Shown here: positions 29,200-34,520 of the stretch, piece after piece
Layout of the letters: the number at the start of each line of letters is the position of its first letter
Position numbering within the stretch: the first letter of the stretch is position 1
From: an uncultured Bacilli bacterium
GTDB lineage: Bacteria > Bacillota_I > Bacilli_A > RF39 > UBA660
Direction of reading: 5' to 3'
DNA: 34,520 nt
Assembly (NCBI GenBank): GCA_947624695.1
Contig: CANQLN010000001.1
Span: forward strand, 1-34,520
The notes under the pieces: generated by a model
Database searches by the model: none
Seen by the model: the letters and a program-made list of their open reading frames with translations, nothing else
What the model was told of the DNA's origin: nothing
Program-made: the position numbers and the translations under genes

Positions 29200-31155
29200 T
29201 TAATTTTCTTCTTTGTTAACAACATCTGCTTTACTAATATTTGGTTCACTTCCTTTTAAATAATAATACATAATAGCTCTACTTGAGTCTTTAGTTACTT
29301 CCCCTGTAACAGCATCTAGGATTATACCTACTACATCATTGGGAGTTTCATACCAATTATTTTCTAATCCTGTTTGAATTTCTTCCATCGTATCAGCCCA
29401 AATATTTTTAGCAACATTACTATATCCTTTGGTAAATTCTCGGTTATTATCATATCCTAGCCAAACTAACATTAAATCATCTTTATTATAACCAACTGTC
29501 CAATAATCTGTAGGAGTTGTTCCGGTTTTTATAGCATATTTTCGTGATAATTTTCCCGCAATAGTTACTGCGGTCGCCGATGTATAATCTCGAAATGCGG
29601 AACTAGTAGTATTCGAAAGAAGTTCATTTAAAATATAAACATAATTAGGGTTTAGGACTAAACTTTTTTTATTTTCTTTTGTATAAATTACTTTTCCTTC
29701 GTTATCTTCAATTTTTCTAATTAAGTATAAGTCTTTTTTATAACCACCACTAGCAAAGGTATTATAACCTGTGGCATAGTCAATAATGTTTATTTCTCCA
29801 GTTCCTAAAGCAAGAGATGGAACCGGTAGTAATTCTTCCTTAATCCCGGTTTTTTTGGCAGTATTGGCTAGTAAATCCGTTCCTAAAAAAAGATTAGTTT
29901 TAACAGCATAAATATTATCGGAAAAAGCAATGGCCGCCGCCATCGTAATATCTTTATTTGCATATTTATCATTAGCATTAGTTGGTGAATACGTTTCTTT
30001 ATTATTAATATTAAAAGTTGTATATTCGCTTTTAAATTTGGAAGAAGATATTAAATTATTTTCTAAAGCTCCATAATAAAGGAAAGCTTTCATTGTGGAA
30101 CCAACTTGTCTTTTAGAATCTGTAGCGCGGTTATATTGACTTGTTCCATAATCTAATCCACCCGTTAAGGCTTCAATTTTCCCGGTTTCAGGATCAACAA
30201 TAACACTTGCTACTTGGACTTCTTTTTCTTCTCCCATATTTTTTAAAATGTTTTTTTCTAAACTAGCTTGCTTATTCATATCTAAGTTAGTATAAATTTT
30301 AAGGCCACCTGTTTCTAAAATACTTTTACTAATTCCTAAGTCTTCTAATTCTTTATAAACAGCATCTTGATAATACATAAGCATTTGTAAATTATTTTCA
30401 CTATTTTTGCCGTAGATTTCTAAATTAGTAAAATTCAAGCTTTCATATTCTTCTTTAGTAATAAATTCATTATTATATAAAACTTTAGCCACTACTTCCG
30501 CTCTTTTGTTAGCTTCATCTCGATTAGATACCGGATTAAATTTGTTAGGACTTTTCGGAATACCAGCAAGCATAATGGCTTCTTCTAAAGATAAGTTGCT
30601 AACATCTTTGTTAAAATAATACTTAGCGGCATTGCTAACTCCATAATTTCCGTTACCATAATTAATCGTATTTAAATAGGCTTCAAGTATTTCATCTTTA
30701 TCATATTGAATTTCGGTAATAATTGTTAAAAATGCTTCTTCAATTTTTCTTTTCCAAGTTTTATCAAAGTCGAGATAAAGGTTTTTAACTAATTGTTGGG
30801 TAATAGTGGAGGCTCCTTGCACAATATGACCACTGGCAATATTAGTCATCATCGCTTTTCCGATTCTTAAAAGATCAAAACCGCGGTGCTCATAAAATTT
30901 CTTATCTTCCACGACTAAAACCGAATTTACTAACTTTTTATCTATATCTTGAATATTTACCCAAGATGAAGTGCTACTCCCTTGATAGACTAAATTATCT
31001 TGATTGTCATAAAGGTAATAAGTCCCATTATTAGTTATATTTAATTTCGGGGTAATAAGGGCATAAATATTAATTCCAATATAGCAAATAATAAAGCTTA
31101 AAAAGCCAAATAAAACCGATTTTTCTAAAAAACGAATGAAGCGCAATTTAATCAC
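29200..31155 (-). CDS. class A penicillin-binding protein (GT51 glycosyltransferase + transpeptidase)
   Basis: N-terminal TM anchor. GT51 motifs EDKKFYEHRGFD and GASTITQQLVKN. Transpeptidase motifs STMK (SxxK), SDN (SxN) and KTGT. Confidence 0.93.
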   Translation of the reverse strand: MIKLRFIRFLEKSVLFGFLSFIICYIGINIYALITPKLNITNNGTYYLYDNQDNLVYQGSSTSSWVNIQDIDKKLVNSVLVVEDKKFYEHRGFDLLRIGKAMMTNIASGHIVQGASTITQQLVKNLYLDFDKTWKRKIEEAFLTIITEIQYDKDEILEAYLNTINYGNGNYGVSNAAKYYFNKDVSNLSLEEAIMLAGIPKSPNKFNPVSNRDEANKRAEVVAKVLYNNEFITKEEYESLNFTNLEIYGKNSENNLQMLMYYQDAVYKELEDLGISKSILETGGLKIYTNLDMNKQASLEKNILKNMGEEKEVQVASVIVDPETGKIEALTGGLDYGTSQYNRATDSKRQVGSTMKAFLYYGALENNLISSSKFKSEYTTFNINNKETYSPTNANDKYANKDITMAAAIAFSDNIYAVKTNLFLGTDLLANTAKKTGIKEELLPVPSLALGTGEINIIDYATGYNTFASGGYKKDLYLIRKIEDNEGKVIYTKENKKSLVLNPNYVYILNELLSNTTSSAFRDYTSATAVTIAGKLSRKYAIKTGTTPTDYWTVGYNKDDLMLVWLGYDNNREFTKGYSNVAKNIWADTMEEIQTGLENNWYETPNDVVGIILDAVTGEVTKDSSRAIMYYYLKGSEPNISKADVVNKEEN

Positions 31156-31309
31156 CTAGAATTATTATGTAAAAAATATAAAAAATTATGTTGAAATTAT
31201 ATATATGTTATGTTATAGTTTTTAAGACAAAAGAGGTGGTTATATCAAAAAGTTAATAAACTGGCGTTTATTTAACAATGATGAAATAATCATTAATAAT
31301 GAAAATGTC

Positions 31310-31582
31310 ATGTGTGATTATGTATTTGGGCATTATATCAAATATCATGATGGTAATGCTTCTAATATTGTAGATTTTAGGACCGAAACCTATAAAAGAG
31401 AAAATAGAGAATTCAGACTAGTAATAGATTTTAGGAATGAAACTTTTAGCTATGTCTTAAAGAAGAAAGACTATAAATTAGAAAGTAAACTTTTAAGTTG
31501 TAGTATAGTATTAGCAAGAGATATTACCTTAAAATATAAGCTAGATGATGAAGAAATGACAATTTTGATACAGTTGTTATAG
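31310..31582 (+). CDS. hypothetical protein (possibly starting at ATC 31244)
   Basis: 90-aa ORF from ATG 31310, which has no SD. The frame is open from 31226, and a strong SD AAGAGGTGG (31230-31239) lies 4 nt before an in-frame ATC at 31244. No family recognised. Confidence 0.5.
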   Translation: MCDYVFGHYIKYHDGNASNIVDFRTETYKRENREFRLVIDFRNETFSYVLKKKDYKLESKLLSCSIVLARDITLKYKLDDEEMTILIQLL

Positions 31583-31630
31583 TAATAATTGTTAGATAAT
31601 GCATATAATGAGTAGAATAGAGGAGATAAA

Positions 31631-32074
31631 ATGAATTTGAAAGATATACCAAAAGAAGAATTAGAATCAATGAGTTATGATGAAATAGCTTATCTTGTTC
31701 TGGAAAAAAATGGTAAAAAAATGAAATTATTAGATTTATTTAAAAAAGTTTGTCAAATACTAGAATTACCAGAAAATACAGTAGAAGAAAGAATTACGGA
31801 TTTCTTTGAATTATTATCTATTAATAAAAAATTTATCTTACTTCCTAATGGTTATTGGGATTTATCAACTAATCATGTTCAAGACATTGTGGTTGAAGAT
31901 GAAGAAGATGCTGATAGCTTAGAACTAGAAGATAATGAAGATGATATAGTTGAAGAAGAAAACCCTGATGATGATGATATTTTCTATGATGGTGATTTAG
32001 ACGATGCTGATGATGAAGATGATGATTTAAAAGATTTAGTTATCATTGATGATGAAGAAAATATTAATGATTAA
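31631..32074 (+). CDS. rpoE: DNA-directed RNA polymerase delta subunit
   Basis: SD GGAG lies about 7 nt upstream of the ATG. The HARE-HTH-like N-domain (EELESMSYDEIAYLVLEKNGKKMKLLDLFKKV...FILLPNGYWDL) is followed by a Asp/Glu-rich acidic tail, the typical RpoE architecture. Confidence 0.88.
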   Translation: MNLKDIPKEELESMSYDEIAYLVLEKNGKKMKLLDLFKKVCQILELPENTVEERITDFFELLSINKKFILLPNGYWDLSTNHVQDIVVEDEEDADSLELEDNEDDIVEEENPDDDDIFYDGDLDDADDEDDDLKDLVIIDDEENIND

Positions 32075-32115
32075 CCTTTTTTAAATAAATAACATATATT
32101 ATAAAGAATAAATTT

Positions 32116-32140
32116 GTGAGACTTTTAGTTTCACTTTTTT
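32116..32140 (+). terminator. rpoE intrinsic terminator
   Basis: Stem GTGAGAC (32116-32122) pairs with GTTTCAC (32128-32134), including one G-U pair. The loop is TTTTA and TTTTTT follows. Confidence 0.6.
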
Positions 32141-32144
32141 GTAG

Positions 32145-33014
32145 GTGATTTTCGTGAAAAATGTAGGTATAAAAATTTCTATTATAACAATTATAATTAA
32201 TATTATTTTATTTGTATTTAAATTAGTTGCGGGTATTTTAGGCCATTCTAATGCGATGATTAGTGATGCCGTTCATTCCTTAACCGATGTTTTAACTACT
32301 TTTTTAGTAATCTTTGGTCTTGTTATGGCTAGTAAAAATGCTGATAAAAAACATCCTTATGGTCATGAAAGAATAGAATCTGTATGTGGAATTATTCTTT
32401 CTTTTTGCTTGTTTTTAACTGGTCTTGGAATAGGATACTTAGGAATTCTTAATATTATTAATTATCAAAATTTACAAGTTCCCGGTCTTCTTTCTTTAAT
32501 GGCCGCTTTAATTTCTATTTTAGTTAAAGAAGGAATGTTTCATTATACAATTCATTATGCCAAAAAATTAAATTCAACATCTTTGAAAGCCGATGCTTGG
32601 CATCATCGTAGTGATGCTTTATCATCTATCGGCGCTTTTGTAGGAATTTTCTTTGCCCGTTTTGGTTTTCCTATTTTAGATCCTCTTTGTAGTCTTTTAA
32701 TATGCTTATTAATTGTTATCTCGGCAATTCAAATTTTTAAAGAGGCAGTTAGTCAAATGATTGATACTTCTTGTGATGAAAAAACTAGCAAGGCTATTTT
32801 AAAAATTATTGAAAATACCCATGAAAATATTAGTGTTAAAGATTTTAAAACTCGTATTTTTGGGAGTAAAATTTATATTGATGCTCTTATAGCCACGGAT
32901 GGCAATATCTCTTTAAAAGAGGCTGATAAAATTGTTACGCATATTCATGATGTGGTAGAAAAGAAATTTAAGGAAGTTAAACATTGCAATATTCATATAA
33001 TTCCTAATGAATAG
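32145..33014 (+). CDS. cation diffusion facilitator family metal efflux transporter
   Basis: Six TM helices and CDF metal-site motifs HSLTDVL (TM2) and HHRSDALSS (TM5), plus a C-terminal cytoplasmic domain. GTG 32154 lies 5 nt after AGGTGA and may be the true start. Confidence 0.88.
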   Translation: MIFVKNVGIKISIITIIINIILFVFKLVAGILGHSNAMISDAVHSLTDVLTTFLVIFGLVMASKNADKKHPYGHERIESVCGIILSFCLFLTGLGIGYLGILNIINYQNLQVPGLLSLMAALISILVKEGMFHYTIHYAKKLNSTSLKADAWHHRSDALSSIGAFVGIFFARFGFPILDPLCSLLICLLIVISAIQIFKEAVSQMIDTSCDEKTSKAILKIIENTHENISVKDFKTRIFGSKIYIDALIATDGNISLKEADKIVTHIHDVVEKKFKEVKHCNIHIIPNE

Positions 33015-33068
33015 GTTGCTAAAATTCTTATTTTATGGTAAATTAGTAACTCACAAAGAGGGATTGTT

Positions 33069-33908
33069 ATGAGTTATGTGCGAGAGTTGGCAACCGATAC
33101 AAATTTAAATGTTTTAAGAGTTAAAAATTTAGAAAATTATATTTTTGAAGGTTCAGAGGGAATAGTATATGGTTGGAATGACAGTACAGCGGTCAAAATA
33201 TTTAAATTTGCCGAAACTGATTTTGACTTTTCTAATAAATTTGCCAAAATTGAAAGCCTTTCTAAGTTAAGTGATCCATCCTTTACTTTCCCAAGAGGAA
33301 TTGTTACAATAGATGGCCTTTATAAAGCGGGTTATTATATGAAAAGAATTATTCAACATCCTTTAGTCAAATCCTATGCCAAATTAGGCAAAATAAAAAA
33401 TATAACTTCAAAAAATTCTTTAGAAATTTTATTTGATATATTAATTAAAACTTCGGATGCTTTAGAACGAGCTCATAAGTTAGGCTTAGTTGTAGGTGAT
33501 ATTAAATGGGGCAATATTTTAATTGATAAAGATTTAAACCCCGTTTTTGTTGATACTGATAATTACGCTTATGATTGTTTTGGCTTTGATGTAAGGCCAA
33601 ATGTTACTTATCGCTTGCCAGAAATGTATGAAGATATCTATTCGCCTTTAGATAATGATAATTTTCTTTTTGGTTATATGGCCATGAGGGAATTATTTAG
33701 TTATTATGGCGTAACATTAAATGATACGGAAAATAGTTTTAAGAAAGCGATGCAATATATTGATTTGGAAGCAAAAGATGAAATAAGAGCTATTTTATCA
33801 GATAGTCATGATAAGCCGGCCATTGGTCCAGTTTTAAAAAGAGTTAAAAATAGACAAGAATTTATTAAGTTACCTAAAGATGCCCAGTTTAATATTTTAA
33901 CGTTTTAG
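33069..33908 (+). CDS. stand-alone minimal Hanks-type (eukaryotic-like) protein kinase domain protein
   Basis: Gly-loop-like EGSEGIVYG, the VAIK-equivalent AVKIFK, catalytic loop GDIKWGN (D-x-K-x-x-N), DFG-equivalent DTD, PE in RLPEMYE and an alphaF-like DNFLFG. No TM, PASTA or other domains. Confidence 0.6.
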   Translation: MSYVRELATDTNLNVLRVKNLENYIFEGSEGIVYGWNDSTAVKIFKFAETDFDFSNKFAKIESLSKLSDPSFTFPRGIVTIDGLYKAGYYMKRIIQHPLVKSYAKLGKIKNITSKNSLEILFDILIKTSDALERAHKLGLVVGDIKWGNILIDKDLNPVFVDTDNYAYDCFGFDVRPNVTYRLPEMYEDIYSPLDNDNFLFGYMAMRELFSYYGVTLNDTENSFKKAMQYIDLEAKDEIRAILSDSHDKPAIGPVLKRVKNRQEFIKLPKDAQFNILTF

Positions 33909-33971
33909 CTTGTCCATAAGTTGAAGATAAAGGTTTTAAATGATATAATTTTTAAGTGAAAAGGTGATATT

Positions 33972-34520
33972 ATGTTTGAAAGATTAGATAATATTGTAGC
34001 AAAGTATAATGAACTTAAGGAAGAATTAACTCATCCTGAGGTTTTAGCTGATTATAATAAATTAAAAGATTTATCTAAAGAACAAAGTGATTTAGAAGAA
34101 ATAGTTTTAAAGTATGAAGAATATAAAACGGCATCTTTAGCTTTAGAAGAAGCTAAAAGTTTAGTTAATGATCCAGAAATGCATGAAATTGCCGAAAGTG
34201 AGATTGAAACGCAAACACAAAAAATTGAAGATTTAAAAAAAGAATTGGAAATTTTACTAGTTCCTAAAGATGAAAATGATGGCAAAAATGTTATTATGGA
34301 AATAAGAGGAGCTGCCGGGGGCGATGAAGCTAATATCTTTGCGGGCGATTTATTTAGAATGTATTCTTATTATGCCGAAGCTAATGGCTGGAAAATTGAA
34401 GTTTTAAACTCGATTGAAGGCGCTAGTGGAGGATTTGCCCAAATAGAATGTATGATTAAGGGAAGTAATGTATATTCTAAGTTAAAATATGAAAGTGGTT
34501 CTCACCGCGTTCAAAGAGTG
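33972..34520 (+). CDS. prfA: peptide chain release factor 1 (5' part; continues beyond the window)
   Basis: Missing from the track because it has no stop. SD AAGGTGA precedes the ATG at 33972. MFERLDNIVAKYNELKEELTHPEV...ILLVPKDENDGKNVIMEIRGAAGGDEANIFAGDLFRMYSYYAE...GSHRVQRV matches the RF1 N-terminal two-thirds. Confidence 0.93.
   Translation, partial: MFERLDNIVAKYNELKEELTHPEVLADYNKLKDLSKEQSDLEEIVLKYEEYKTASLALEEAKSLVNDPEMHEIAESEIETQTQKIEDLKKELEILLVPKDENDGKNVIMEIRGAAGGDEANIFAGDLFRMYSYYAEANGWKIEVLNSIEGASGGFAQIECMIKGSNVYSKLKYESGSHRVQRV

Overview
This is the replication-origin region of a very AT-rich Firmicute chromosome that uses the standard genetic code: rnpA ends in TGA inside an ATGA overlap with yidC. 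I read its lineage as Bacilli- or Erysipelotrichia-like. Almost all of the window is conserved housekeeping sequence.

Minus strand, high to low coordinates: dnaA, dnaN, a ComK-like gene, recF, gyrB, gyrA, a short SRP RNA, tadA, dnaX, ebfC, recR, bofA, holB, ricT(yaaT), trmN6-like, pth, mfd, a small membrane gene, spoVT, a CheD-like orphan.

Plus strand from the origin: rpmH, rnpA, yidC, jag, mnmE, mnmG, rsmG, a noc-like parB-family gene. After these come a class A PBP (minus strand), a small unknown ORF, rpoE, a CDF transporter, a minimal Hanks-type kinase and the 5' part of prfA.

I found no rRNA, tRNA, CRISPR array, transposase, integrase or obvious defence island, and I cannot support a clear multi-gene novel system here. 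What the ORF track does not explain:
1. Two perfect parS palindromes and three exact copies of the 14-bp Noc-binding-site consensus, all intergenic, next to a single atypical Noc/ParB paralogue with no soj-spo0J partner.
2. A ComK-family gene sitting between dnaN and recF.
3. An orphan CheD-like protein with exact Thr-Cys-His triad spacing, just downstream of spoVT.
4. holB homology extending about 70 codons upstream of any ATG/GTG/TTG, implying an AUA or AUU start. A second ORF may start at AUC.
5. A tandem-HTH XRE regulator with repeated operator-like sites.

All family assignments come from motif recognition by eye and from memory, and need HMM or BLAST confirmation.
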